DNA of 61,796 nt, from positions 1 to 61,796 of IMG/VR virus record IMGVR_UViG_3300046171_000163. One strand, written 5' to 3'. The translations under genes and the position numbers were made by a program. Within the stretch, counting starts at the first letter, position 1; each line of letters opens with the position of its first letter. Under the pieces are notes generated by a model that was given only the letters and a program-made list of their open reading frames with translations, was not told where the DNA came from and searched no databases. Source of the stretch: a virus (Duplodnaviria > Caudoviricetes). Positions 1 to 9,559 of the stretch are shown here, piece by piece.

Positions 1-1
1 C

Positions 2-466
2 TATGCTACTATCATCTCACAAGGCGATGTCGTAAAAATCGACGAAGCTGAAGGTGATGTACAGCTTTTTGCAGCAAACGGTGGTGGCACAGACGCTACT
101 AATGCTATAGGTGTTTTTTGGGGATCTTCGTTTACGGATTCTAATGGTAAACCAACTTTTAAAAACACAAGACCAGCTTCTCAACTAGCAGAAGTTTTCG
201 TGTACGACGATCCATATCAAATGTTCGAAGTACAAGGTGACGGCGCTTCAGCCCAAACCGATATATCAAATCACGCTGACTTATCTGTGGTTGCTGGTTC
301 AACAATAACAGGTGTAAGTAAATCAGAACTAGATTCAAGTGATATTGGAACTGGAAACAACTTAAGAATCGTAGGCTTTTCTAAAAAAGAAGGCCGAGAT
401 ACAGTCGGAACTAACGGCGCTAATGTTGTTTATAATGTTTTGATTAACGAACACAAATACAAATAA
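2..466 (+). CDS. Capsid decoration/minor head protein, 3' part (5' part at window end 61715-61796)
   Basis: Frame of ORF 200..466 is open back to position 2 (YATIISQGDVV...AIGVFWG...VYDDP..FEVQ); lies immediately upstream of the major capsid gene. Confidence 0.65.
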   Translation, partial: YATIISQGDVVKIDEAEGDVQLFAANGGGTDATNAIGVFWGSSFTDSNGKPTFKNTRPASQLAEVFVYDDPYQMFEVQGDGASAQTDISNHADLSVVAGSTITGVSKSELDSSDIGTGNNLRIVGFSKKEGRDTVGTNGANVVYNVLINEHKYK

Positions 467-482
467 TAGCAGGAGGTAACAC

Positions 483-1385
483 ATGGCTATATCAAGACAA
501 CAACTAGCAAAAGAGCTAGAGCCAGGTCTAAATGCATTATTTGGACTTGAGTACAAAAACTACGAAAACCAACACGCTGAAATTTATGATACAGAAAATT
601 CTGATCGAGCATTCGAAGAAGAAGTAATGTTATCAGGTTTCGACAAAGCTGCCGTTAAGTCAGAAGGCGCAGCAGTGGTTTACGATAGCGCGCAGGAAAC
701 TTACACTGCAAGATATCAACATGAGACAATCGCTCTCGCTTTCTCTATCACTGAGGAAGCTGTTGAAGATAACTTGTATGATAAGATTTCAACTCGTTAT
801 ACGAAAGCACTAGCTAGATCTATGGCTCAAACTAAGCAACTTAAAGCTGCTGCGATTTTAGATGGAGCTTTCACTACTTCTACAGGTGGTGACGGTGTTG
901 CACTTTGTGCAACTAACCACCCAACAATCGCTGGAACGTTTGCAAATGAGTTAGCAACAGCTGCTGACTTATCTGAAACTTCATTAGAGCAGTCTTTAAT
1001 TGACATTGCTAAAATGACAGACGAGCGTGGACTAAAAATTGCTGCTAAGGGAATGAAACTAATCATTCACCCAGCTCAGCAATTTGCAGCTGAAAGAATC
1101 ATGAAATCTGCCAACAGAGTTGGTACTGCTGATAATGATTTGAATGCTATGAAATCAATGGGAATGATTCCACAAGGATTTGTGGTAAATAACTTCCTAG
1201 CTGATTCAGAGTCTTTCTTCATTAAGACAGACGTTCCTAACGGAATGAAACACATGGTTCGTGCACCAATCAAAACTGCCATGGAAGGTGATTTTGAAAC
1301 TGGTAACGTTAGATATAAAGCTAGGGAAAGATACAGCTTCGGCTTCTCTGATCCTAGAGGTATCTTCGGATCTCCAGGTGTATAA
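483..1385 (+). CDS. Major capsid protein (Mu gpT-like, HK97 fold)
   Basis: MAISRQQLAKELEPGLNALFGLEY N-terminus and YKARERYSFGFSDPRGIFGSPG C-terminus typical of this capsid family; AGGAGG RBS; followed by terminator. Confidence 0.9.
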   Translation: MAISRQQLAKELEPGLNALFGLEYKNYENQHAEIYDTENSDRAFEEEVMLSGFDKAAVKSEGAAVVYDSAQETYTARYQHETIALAFSITEEAVEDNLYDKISTRYTKALARSMAQTKQLKAAAILDGAFTTSTGGDGVALCATNHPTIAGTFANELATAADLSETSLEQSLIDIAKMTDERGLKIAAKGMKLIIHPAQQFAAERIMKSANRVGTADNDLNAMKSMGMIPQGFVVNNFLADSESFFIKTDVPNGMKHMVRAPIKTAMEGDFETGNVRYKARERYSFGFSDPRGIFGSPGV

Positions 1386-1408
1386 TCAGTAAGGTTATAA
1401 ACCATTTT

Positions 1409-1437
1409 AAGGGGCGCTTCGGCGCCCCTTTTTATTT
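1409..1437 (+). terminator. Rho-independent terminator after capsid gene
   Basis: AAGGGGCGC-TTCG-GCGCCCCTT hairpin followed by a T-run. Confidence 0.85.
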
Positions 1438-1464
1438 GCATAAAGTATTTAAAAAGCGTATACT
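1436..1464 (+). promoter_or_regulatory. Sigma70-like promoter
   Basis: TTGCAT (1436-1441), 17 bp spacer, TATACT (1459-1464). Confidence 0.6.
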
Positions 1465-1485
1465 CGCTAATCTGCGATAAAAAAC

Positions 1486-1526
1486 TAATGTAGACGCGCG
1501 CAGGCGACGGCCTAGAGACTACATTA
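1486..1526 (+). ncRNA. Candidate structured RNA leader downstream of the gpT-like capsid gene (possibly Mu-gpT-DE-type motif)
   Basis: TAATGTAG...CTACATTA closing stem enclosing a GC-rich insert with AGGC-GACG-GCCT hairpin, between the promoter and the RBS of ORF 1550. Confidence 0.4.
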
Positions 1527-1549
1527 AACACAACTAGGAGGATTAAATC

Positions 1550-2011
1550 ATGGCTTCAACAACTTTTTCCGGACCGATTAAGGCTGGAACAATTAAAGAA
1601 ACTACCGGGTCTACTCTCGGTAAAGACGTAAAAAACACAGGACAAGTAGTAATGTCTCAAACACACTTGATTGATTTATCAGGTGGTGCAATTGCTGCAG
1701 GAGCAACTAACATGGTTATTCCAGCAAATTCACAAATTATAGACTGTATTATAGATTCTGTTGTTGCTGCATCAGGTGCAACCAATTTAAGTATTGGTGA
1801 CACTGTAGGTGGAGCTACATCAATACTTAACACTTTTGCACTAGGTACAGCTGTTGGTAGAAAAAGACCAACAACAGAAGCTGGTGGTGCATTAGCTTGG
1901 TCTGATACAGGTTCTGCTGATATTAAGTTAACTATAACTGCTTCAGCGGCTACGAATGCCGGATCAACTAGAGTTACAATTCTGTACGCACAGAATAACA
2001 ACTTAGGTTAA
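1550..2011 (+). CDS. Virion structural protein
   Basis: MASTTFSGPIKAG N-terminus, Ala/Thr/Gly-rich, strong RBS, follows capsid gene. Confidence 0.6.
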   Translation: MASTTFSGPIKAGTIKETTGSTLGKDVKNTGQVVMSQTHLIDLSGGAIAAGATNMVIPANSQIIDCIIDSVVAASGATNLSIGDTVGGATSILNTFALGTAVGRKRPTTEAGGALAWSDTGSADIKLTITASAATNAGSTRVTILYAQNNNLG

Positions 2012-2021
2012 TAAATAATTA

Positions 2022-2048
2022 ATGTGGGGCTTCGGCCCCACATATTTT
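2022..2048 (+). terminator. Hairpin/probable terminator
   Basis: ATGTGGGGC-TTCG-GCCCCACAT followed by ATTTT. Confidence 0.65.
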
Positions 2049-2062
2049 AAGGAGATTATATT

Positions 2063-2347
2063 ATGTCAGGTGGCGGATCATTTACATCAGATCAAAGGAC
2101 AGCTCACGCAACGGCTGATGGACAGTTAGTTACTGGCCCTTGTAGAGTTACATCTATTCAAGCAGAAGGCGTAGCAAACGCAGCTGTTGTATTGTATGAC
2201 AATACTTCTGCAGCAGGAACAGCTCACACTTTTAAATTTGGCACGGAAGGACTAAGTGTTTTTATTCCTGGAAGTGGTATAAGATTTAAAACAGGTTGTT
2301 TTTTAGATTTAACAGCTACTCCAGGCGTTACTGTAACATTTAACTAG
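2063..2347 (+). CDS. Small virion structural protein
   Basis: 94 aa, AAGGAG RBS, in structural operon. Confidence 0.5.
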   Translation: MSGGGSFTSDQRTAHATADGQLVTGPCRVTSIQAEGVANAAVVLYDNTSAAGTAHTFKFGTEGLSVFIPGSGIRFKTGCFLDLTATPGVTVTFN

Positions 2348-2355
2348 GAGGTTAG

Positions 2356-3099
2356 ATGGCAACATCAGGTACTACTAATTTTGAGAGTGGTTTCTTAATT
2401 GATGATATTATTGAAGAGGCTTACAATCGCGTAGGCCTCGACAGTGTTAGTGGATATCAATTAAAATCAGCAAGACGTTCTTTAAACATAATGTTTCAAG
2501 AGTGGGCCAATAGAGGTTTGCATTATTGGGAGCTAGGTAATCTTGAAATTGATCTTGTTGAAGGACAAGCTGAATATAAGTTTTTTAGAAACTCTGCTGA
2601 TGGCACAAGTGCTACGTCTATCCCTAATGGCGTTTATGGTGTAGATGATGTTTTAGAAGCTGCCTATAGAACTAATAGGGCTACAACCAGTCAATCGGAC
2701 TCTTCTTTAACAAAAATAGACAGAAGTACATATCAAAGTTTATCTAATAAACTTAATAAAGCTCAACCTACACAATACTACGTTCAAAGATTTATAGATA
2801 ATACTACAATTAGTTTTTACCCAACTCCGGACGCTACAGCGGCTGCAAACCATATTACAATGTACTATATTAAACGTATTCAAGACGTAGGCGGATACAG
2901 CAACAATGCTGATGTTCCTTATAGATTTGTTCCTTGTATGACTTCAGGGCTTGCATACTATTTATCTCAAAAAGTAAATCCACAAGTTACTCAACAATTA
3001 AAAATGTTGTACGAAGATGAATTAAATCGTGCATTAGTTGAAGATGGTTCTTCAACAAGTACTTTCATAACACCAAAAGCATATTACCCAGATGTCTAA
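2356..3099 (+). CDS. Head-tail adaptor/neck protein
   Basis: MATSGT..F...IDDIIEEAY..ARRSLNIMFQEWANRGL motif typical of podovirus adaptor/tail-tube-A-like proteins. Confidence 0.6.
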   Translation: MATSGTTNFESGFLIDDIIEEAYNRVGLDSVSGYQLKSARRSLNIMFQEWANRGLHYWELGNLEIDLVEGQAEYKFFRNSADGTSATSIPNGVYGVDDVLEAAYRTNRATTSQSDSSLTKIDRSTYQSLSNKLNKAQPTQYYVQRFIDNTTISFYPTPDATAAANHITMYYIKRIQDVGGYSNNADVPYRFVPCMTSGLAYYLSQKVNPQVTQQLKMLYEDELNRALVEDGSSTSTFITPKAYYPDV

Positions 3100-4117
3100 G
3101 TTTGCATCAGGTAAATACGCTAAAGCTATTTCAGACCGAAGCGGTATGGAGTTTCCATATAATGAAATGGTAAAAGAATGGAATGGTTCTTTTGTACATA
3201 GGTCAGAGTTTGAATCAAAACATCCACAACTAGAACCAAGAGCTCATTATGGTGATGCTCAAGGTTTACAAAATGCAAGACCTGCTAGAACAGAACCACC
3301 TGTAGCACATCTTTTAGCAGAGGATTCTATGGCAGCAGGACCGGTAGATTCTATTTTAGTTACAGTAAATCAACCGGCGCACGGATATAGCACCGGGGAC
3401 CGCGTTAGATTTAGAGGAGCAGACCCACACTTTCCAGACTATCCACAAGTGGCTAGAGTCGATGCAGATAATATAAATGATGCTAGAGGACACTTGGTTA
3501 CAAAAGTTGATGACAATAATTATACTTTTAGTCCTAATGATTTAGTAGAACAGTTTTTAACTGACAACTGTGTTCCAGGAACTACAACTGTTTATGTAGA
3601 CATGGACGGAGTGCAAACAGAGTACTATCAAAAAGTTGCTTCTTACCTACAGTCTGTCGGACAACTTCCTCTTGGTGAATGGTACGACATGACTCCAGCT
3701 GATGAACTAGCAGCTATTGCATCTATTCCTGGTACTCCTGGTTGGTTTGCAGCTTTAGATAAAAGAGCAGAAGCTGACGCATTAGTTGATCTAGTAATTG
3801 CTAAAAATGGTAGTTGGGATGTATTAACTACAGATGCCGGCACAACTGGTAACGCAGCAAAACTATCTTGGGTAACTACAAATTTTGGTACTCCTGGATC
3901 AGGTGTAGGCAGGGCTCCAGCAACTTTTACAGCCGCAGCAAACTTTAATAAAGGAGTTTACGGAGGCCCTAACAAACTACTAATTGATGATAGAACAGAT
4001 TATGTTAATCAATTTGTAAATGCTGGAGGTAAAGCCTTTAAATATTATGAAAGTGGTGGTATAAGAAACTTTGGAGGGACAGGAAAATCAGTAGGACCTG
4101 TTACATTATTACCATGA
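3092..4117 (+). CDS. Structural protein with FCCH-like beta domain and inserted HAD-family 5'-nucleotidase-like domain
   Basis: N-terminal ASGKYAKAISDRSG..FPY; VTV...HGYSTGDRVRF; HAD motifs VYVDMDGV and LLIDDR; C-terminal GG...VGPVTL. Confidence 0.6.
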   Translation: MSKFASGKYAKAISDRSGMEFPYNEMVKEWNGSFVHRSEFESKHPQLEPRAHYGDAQGLQNARPARTEPPVAHLLAEDSMAAGPVDSILVTVNQPAHGYSTGDRVRFRGADPHFPDYPQVARVDADNINDARGHLVTKVDDNNYTFSPNDLVEQFLTDNCVPGTTTVYVDMDGVQTEYYQKVASYLQSVGQLPLGEWYDMTPADELAAIASIPGTPGWFAALDKRAEADALVDLVIAKNGSWDVLTTDAGTTGNAAKLSWVTTNFGTPGSGVGRAPATFTAAANFNKGVYGGPNKLLIDDRTDYVNQFVNAGGKAFKYYESGGIRNFGGTGKSVGPVTLLP

Positions 4118-4812
4118 CCACATACGCAGAATTAGTAACACAAATTAGAGATTATTCAGAGACAGATAGTGCTGTTTTAACTACAACTATTATTAATGAT
4201 ATTATTGCAAATGCAGAAGACAAAATATTTAGAAATATAGAATTAGATTGTTTTAAAGAATACATCAGCGGTAATACAGCTGCTAATAACAGATTTGTAA
4301 GTTTACCGGGACAAACTACTTCTGCTACTACACCTACAATTAGTGATATTGCAACAATCAGATATGTGACTCTTTATACTAACTCAGGTACGAAAGAAAG
4401 ATCTGAGCTTGTAAGAGTAGATGTTGATTTTTTAAATGAATACTATCCAACCCCAGAAGTAGGTTCAACTGCTAAGCCTAGATACTATGCGACTTGGGAT
4501 ATGGGTAAAATAGCTATTGCGCCTACACCAAATGCGGTGTATAAATTTGAGATTGGTATTACTAAAAAACCTACAGGCTTAAGTTCTAGTAATACGACTA
4601 CATGGGTCAGCGTCAATGCTGAACGTGCTTTATTATATGCCTGCATGGTTGAGACTTTTAAATTTTTAAAAGCACCACAAGATCAACAAGTTTACGAGCA
4701 AGCTTATGCTACAGCTGTACAAGAGCTGGCTCAAGAACAGTTGGGTAAAAAACGAAGAGACGAATATAGAGATGGAAGTTTACGGATTAAAGTTCCTTCT
4801 CAAAACCCTTAA
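4114..4812 (+). CDS. Neck/tail adaptor protein
   Basis: MTTYAELVTQIRDY..., PRYYA.W...IAPTP, LLYAC.VE, RRDEYRDG motifs. Confidence 0.6.
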   Translation: MTTYAELVTQIRDYSETDSAVLTTTIINDIIANAEDKIFRNIELDCFKEYISGNTAANNRFVSLPGQTTSATTPTISDIATIRYVTLYTNSGTKERSELVRVDVDFLNEYYPTPEVGSTAKPRYYATWDMGKIAIAPTPNAVYKFEIGITKKPTGLSSSNTTTWVSVNAERALLYACMVETFKFLKAPQDQQVYEQAYATAVQELAQEQLGKKRRDEYRDGSLRIKVPSQNP

Positions 4813-4824
4813 TAGGAGAAAATT

Positions 4825-5271
4825 ATGGCAATATCACAAGCAGTTTGTAATGTTTTTAAACAAGAGCTTTTAAAAGGTAATCACGACTTTGACGGTGGTG
4901 GCACTTACTATATTGCGCTTTATACTTCTTCAGCAACTATGGGTGCAACTACTCTAAAATATGTAACAACTAACGAAATAACAAACGCTTCTGGTTCTGC
5001 TTATACAGCAGGTGGAAAAGTTTGTGGCAGCCCATCAGTAACTGGTGGTCAAAACTCTACTACTGCTTTTGTTGACTTTGATAATGTTAGTTGGGCTAGT
5101 GCTTCATTCACTGCGAATGGTGCATTAATTTACAGACAAGATGGTAGTGGACCAACTAATGATGCTGTTGTTGTGTTAGCGTTCGGTGGTGACTTTACAG
5201 CTTCAAACGGAACATTTGAAATTCAATTCCCAGCAAACGGTGGTGGATCAGAGATCATCAGATTAGGATAA
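4825..5271 (+). CDS. Tail structural protein
   Basis: MAISQAVC..FKQELL.G.HDF...YIALYT...YTAGG..., common in marine podovirus tail modules. Confidence 0.55.
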   Translation: MAISQAVCNVFKQELLKGNHDFDGGGTYYIALYTSSATMGATTLKYVTTNEITNASGSAYTAGGKVCGSPSVTGGQNSTTAFVDFDNVSWASASFTANGALIYRQDGSGPTNDAVVVLAFGGDFTASNGTFEIQFPANGGGSEIIRLG

Positions 5272-5280
5272 GGAGTTTAA

Positions 5281-7491
5281 ATGGCCCTTGTTCTTAATGA
5301 TCGAGTCAAAGAGACTAGCACCAGCACAGGTACGGGTACAATAAATCTCGCTGGAGCCTCTCAAGGCTTCACGACTTTTGTTGCTGGTATCGGTAATGGT
5401 AACACTGTTTACTATTGTATTGAGCTTGATGGTGGATCTGAATTTGAAGTAGGTATTGGTACTGTCACTGACGCAACTCCCGACACACTCTCACGTGACA
5501 CAATTCTTAGAAGTTCTAACTCTAACAATGCTGTAAACTTTGGCGCAGGTACAAAAAATGTATTCTGTACACAACCTGCTAGTAAAGCAGTGTTTGAGGA
5601 TGCAAGCGGTAACGTAACAGTTGCCGGCACAGTTGATGGCATTGACATACAAACTAGAGACGGAGTTTTAACTTCTACAACCACTACAGCAAATGCCGCC
5701 TTAGCTAGAACTGGTGGAACGATGACTGGTCAAATAAGTTTTGGTGATAATGTCAAAGCTAGTTTTGGAGCTGGTGACGATTTAGAAATTTTTCATGACG
5801 GTTCAAATTCAAACATAAGTGATGTAGGCACTGGAAAATTAGTACTAAGAAGTAATGGTACTGGCGTTGATATTAATAAAAACAGTTCTGAAAATATCGC
5901 TAAATTTATTGTTGACGGTGCTGTTCAACTTTATCATGACAATTCAAAAAAATTCGAAACTACTAGCACAGGAACAGATACGACAGGAAACATAGTTGTT
6001 TCAGGTACAGTCGATGGCGTTGATATCGCTGCAAGAGACGCCGTCTTAACTTCTACAACTACAACCGCCAATGCAGCTTTACCTAAAGCTGGTGGTACTA
6101 TGACAGGAGCTACTATACATGGCGACAATGTAAAATCTCAGTATGGTGATAGTAATGATTTAGAAATATTTCACGATGGTACAGACAGCGTTATTAAAGA
6201 CGCTGGTACTGGAAACTTAAGACTACAAGGAACGGATGTTAGAATAGCAAATGCCGGAGGAACTGGAGATTTTCTTCGTGGAACTGATGGAGGTGCTGTT
6301 GATTTATGTCACAACGGAACAGTTAAGTTTTCTACTACTGCATCTGGTGTGTCTGTAAGTGGTAATGTAGCTGTTTCTGGAACAGTTGATGGCATTGATA
6401 TTGCAACAAGAGACGCAGTATTAACTTCCACAACAACAACTGCAAATGCTGCCTTGCCAAAAGCAGGTGGCACGATGACAGGTAATATTGCACATGGCGA
6501 TAATGTCAAAGCTACATTTGGTGCAAGTAATGATTTAGAAATTTACCATGACGGCACTAATTCATTTATCAAAGATGTTGGAACTGGTGGATTATATTTA
6601 AGAGGTGATGCAGTTTTAGGTTTAGGTGTATCTAACGAGACAGCCGTACAATGTAATTTGAATGGAGCCGTAAATATTTATTATGATGATGTAAAGAAGT
6701 TTGAAACAACTTCTGCTGGTGTAGTTGTAACAGGAACTGTAGGAGGTGATGTTGTATCAGCACACACCGCAGAAACAAGTATTGCAAGTGATGACCTTAT
6801 TGCAGTTTACGATACATCAGCAAGTGCAATTAGAAAAGCAACTATTGCAAACGCCGCTCTAGCTGGACCGACAGGACCTACTGGACCGACAGGACCTACT
6901 GGACCCCCAGGATCTAATGGATCAAATGGTTCTCCAGGACCTACAGGACCAGACGGACCTTCAGGTGGTACAGGACCGACAGGACCGACAGGACCTTCAG
7001 GTGGCACTGGTCCATCAGGACCTCCAGGACCAAGTGGTGGCACAGGACCTACAGGACCGACAGGCCCAACTGGACCAACAGGACCAAGTGGTACGATTAC
7101 AAACACATCTTATCAAATGACAGCGTTAGGTGTTGGAACCGGTGCAGGACCAACGGGCCAAATTCGAGCGACCTCAAACATCACAGCGTATTACAGTGAC
7201 TCGCGTTTAAAAGACTTTGAAGGACCAATTGATTCTGCTTTAGATAAAGTAAAAGCCATAGGCGGTTATTATTTTAAAGAAAATGATTTAGCCAGATCGT
7301 TTGGATATGACAACGATAAACGTCAAGTAGGTGTTAGTGCTCAAGAAGTTGAAGCAGTTTTACCTGAAGTAGTTACTGAAGCACCATTCAATTCTGAATA
7401 CAAAAGTGTTTGGTATGAAAAACTTGTCCCTCTATTAATAGAGGCAATTAAAGAGTTAGAGCTTCGAGTACAAGACTTAGAGGATAACTAA
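5281..7491 (+). CDS. Long tail fibre with three internal repeats, collagen-like segment and C-terminal intramolecular chaperone (peptidase S74-like)
   Basis: [13 protein letters not shown]-terminus; GPT triplets; YYSDSRLK...[15 protein letters not shown]...[15 protein letters not shown]. Confidence 0.85.
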   Translation: MALVLNDRVKETSTSTGTGTINLAGASQGFTTFVAGIGNGNTVYYCIELDGGSEFEVGIGTVTDATPDTLSRDTILRSSNSNNAVNFGAGTKNVFCTQPASKAVFEDASGNVTVAGTVDGIDIQTRDGVLTSTTTTANAALARTGGTMTGQISFGDNVKASFGAGDDLEIFHDGSNSNISDVGTGKLVLRSNGTGVDINKNSSENIAKFIVDGAVQLYHDNSKKFETTSTGTDTTGNIVVSGTVDGVDIAARDAVLTSTTTTANAALPKAGGTMTGATIHGDNVKSQYGDSNDLEIFHDGTDSVIKDAGTGNLRLQGTDVRIANAGGTGDFLRGTDGGAVDLCHNGTVKFSTTASGVSVSGNVAVSGTVDGIDIATRDAVLTSTTTTANAALPKAGGTMTGNIAHGDNVKATFGASNDLEIYHDGTNSFIKDVGTGGLYLRGDAVLGLGVSNETAVQCNLNGAVNIYYDDVKKFETTSAGVVVTGTVGGDVVSAHTAETSIASDDLIAVYDTSASAIRKATIANAALAGPTGPTGPTGPTGPPGSNGSNGSPGPTGPDGPSGGTGPTGPTGPSGGTGPSGPPGPSGGTGPTGPTGPTGPTGPSGTITNTSYQMTALGVGTGAGPTGQIRATSNITAYYSDSRLKDFEGPIDSALDKVKAIGGYYFKENDLARSFGYDNDKRQVGVSAQEVEAVLPEVVTEAPFNSEYKSVWYEKLVPLLIEAIKELELRVQDLEDN
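5626..6745 (+). repeat. Three diverged ~125-aa tandem repeats in the fibre
   Basis: [22 protein letters not shown]...GGTMTG...GDNVK...DLEI.HDG units start at 5626, 6004 and 6379. Confidence 0.85.
6865..7092 (+). repeat. Collagen-like Gly-X-Y repeat (GPT/GPS/GPP)
   Basis: Continuous Gly every third residue; ggaccgaca/ggacctact DNA units. Confidence 0.9.
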
Positions 7492-8810
7492 TGTCATTCG
7501 GTTTTGCACCTTTTGCGGCCGCACCTTTTGCTTCTCCAGGAACTCCAGGGGAAAGAGCGGTTGTCAACGTAACAGGAGTCTCATTAACAGCTACTGTTAG
7601 TAATTCATATACTGTACAAAAAACTCACTTTGTAAGTGGTTTAAATGTAACCTCAAACACAGGAACACTAACAACAAAACTTGCACCAACTGTAGCAGGC
7701 AATGCCGTAAACTCAGCAGTAGGCTCAGCAAATTTATCAGTGGGACAAACTATCTCTGTTACAGGAACTTCATCTAGTTTATCTGTAGGAACACCAAATA
7801 ATTTAATTAGAATACATGAAGCGATCATAGGTGTACAAGTTAACTCAGCTGTTGGAACAGCTACTGCAACAGGTTCTGCAAATGTTGGATTAACAGGAAC
7901 TTCATCTAGTTTATCTGCAGGAACGTTAACAACAACTGCTGATGCTAATGTTGCAGTAACAGGAAATACTGCTGGAGTTACTTTAGGTACGGTAGTTGAA
8001 TCAGTTAAAGCAAGTGTAACAGGAAATTCTATTACTTCTGCGGTTGGCACAGTTTCGTTATCATCAGGTCACACTATTGCTGTAACAGGAACTTCATCTA
8101 GTTTATCTGCAGGAACAGCTGTACCAAAAATTGCTCCAACTATTTTAACTAATTCTCTTTTATCTTCAGTTGGACCAGCTGATCAAACTTTTGCAATTAC
8201 AGTTGCTAATCCAGGATCAGGTAATGTGTTTTATGTTGATGGGGTTGCTAAACCTGCTCTTGCACTAATAAAAGGTAAAACATATACGTTTGATCAAAGT
8301 GATGGTTCAAACGGTGGGCACCCATTAGTATTTGTAACTGGTGCAGGTGCTGGATATACATCAGGAATTACTGTAACTGGAACTGCAGGACAACCAGGAG
8401 CTAAGGTTACTTTTGTAGTTCCTGAGGATGCTCCTTCTGGCTTAGCTTATGTATGTTCTGTCCACGGAGCAGGAATGGGTAATGTTGTTTCTATATCAAC
8501 TTTAATCACTGTTATTGGTAATGCTAATGTTGTGGCACAAGGTAATACAGTTAATACTAGCGTTGGAACAATTACAGGTGTTCTTAAGACAAGTGTTACA
8601 GGGCAGAGTTTAAACACAAGCGTAAACAGCGTATCCATCACACTTTCTCCTACAGCCGCAGTTACAGGTGAACTTATACCTATAACAGTCAATCCATTAT
8701 CAGTCTTTACATGGAGCCAAGTTGATGATACAACTACAGGAGGTTCATCTTGGACCGACGTAGATAGTACAACAGGAGCTGGCGGCAGTAGCTGGCAAGA
8801 GGTAGCATAA
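7491..8810 (+). CDS. Tail protein, Val/Thr/Gly/Ser-rich, with cupredoxin-like domain
   Basis: [15 protein letters not shown] start; repeated VTG.S....VGT; GKTYTFDQSD..N.GHP and YVCSVHGAGMG. Confidence 0.65.
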   Translation: MSFGFAPFAAAPFASPGTPGERAVVNVTGVSLTATVSNSYTVQKTHFVSGLNVTSNTGTLTTKLAPTVAGNAVNSAVGSANLSVGQTISVTGTSSSLSVGTPNNLIRIHEAIIGVQVNSAVGTATATGSANVGLTGTSSSLSAGTLTTTADANVAVTGNTAGVTLGTVVESVKASVTGNSITSAVGTVSLSSGHTIAVTGTSSSLSAGTAVPKIAPTILTNSLLSSVGPADQTFAITVANPGSGNVFYVDGVAKPALALIKGKTYTFDQSDGSNGGHPLVFVTGAGAGYTSGITVTGTAGQPGAKVTFVVPEDAPSGLAYVCSVHGAGMGNVVSISTLITVIGNANVVAQGNTVNTSVGTITGVLKTSVTGQSLNTSVNSVSITLSPTAAVTGELIPITVNPLSVFTWSQVDDTTTGGSSWTDVDSTTGAGGSSWQEVA

Positions 8811-8811
8811 T

Positions 8812-9558
8812 ATGGCATCAACTTACTCAACCCGTTTAAAAGCGGAATTAATAGGCTCAGGAGAACAAGCAAACTCTTGGGGTAATACAACTAACGATAC
8901 ATTTAGTAAAACATTTGAGGAAGCAATTTCTAATGTTTACGAAAAAAACTTATCAGGTGTTTCTTCTCCATACGAATTAACCAATAGTAATGGACCAGTG
9001 ACTGAGGCTAACAACGAAATGCGTCAAGCAGCAATTCGTTTTTATGGTCATACCGCTGCTATGGTTATTAGACAAAAAGCAGCAAATTCTGGAAATGGTT
9101 ATGAAAGAATATACACAATTATTAATGACGGAACTGCGAACGGAACTATACAACTTCAAATAGGAACAAATAATACTTCAGACATTATATCTCCCGGCGG
9201 TAGAGCTATTATTGCAACCAACGGAACAGATTTTTACACAATAGCTGGTGGTGGTAGCACCGGCACAAACTGGAGCACAATAACTTCTGCTACAGCAAAT
9301 ATTTATTCAGGACAAAAAATATTTGTGGATACTTCTAGTAATGCAATAACTTTAACTTTACCGTCTTCCCCTTTTGCTGGAGACGAAATTGCTTTTTTAG
9401 ATGTTGCAGATAATTTTGATACTAATGCATTAACAATAAATCCAAACGGTAAAAAAGTATTTGGCGCTACAGCAAACGGAACAGTTTCAACAGAAGGCGC
9501 TGCATTTACACTGGTCTTTACAGGAAATACGCACGGCTGGAAATTAACGGAGAAGTAA
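8812..9558 (+). CDS. Tail/fibre-associated protein
   Basis: MASTYS..L..ELIG.GEQ..SWG.TTN; C-terminal FVDTS...TLTLP..P..GDEI...D...F..N.LTI.PNG...LVF.....GW domain. Confidence 0.6.
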   Translation: MASTYSTRLKAELIGSGEQANSWGNTTNDTFSKTFEEAISNVYEKNLSGVSSPYELTNSNGPVTEANNEMRQAAIRFYGHTAAMVIRQKAANSGNGYERIYTIINDGTANGTIQLQIGTNNTSDIISPGGRAIIATNGTDFYTIAGGGSTGTNWSTITSATANIYSGQKIFVDTSSNAITLTLPSSPFAGDEIAFLDVADNFDTNALTINPNGKKVFGATANGTVSTEGAAFTLVFTGNTHGWKLTEK

Positions 9559-9559
9559 T

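Noticed and set aside
6807-7120. Alternative-frame repetitive ORFs over the collagen segment
   Set aside because: By-products of the GPT codon repeat.
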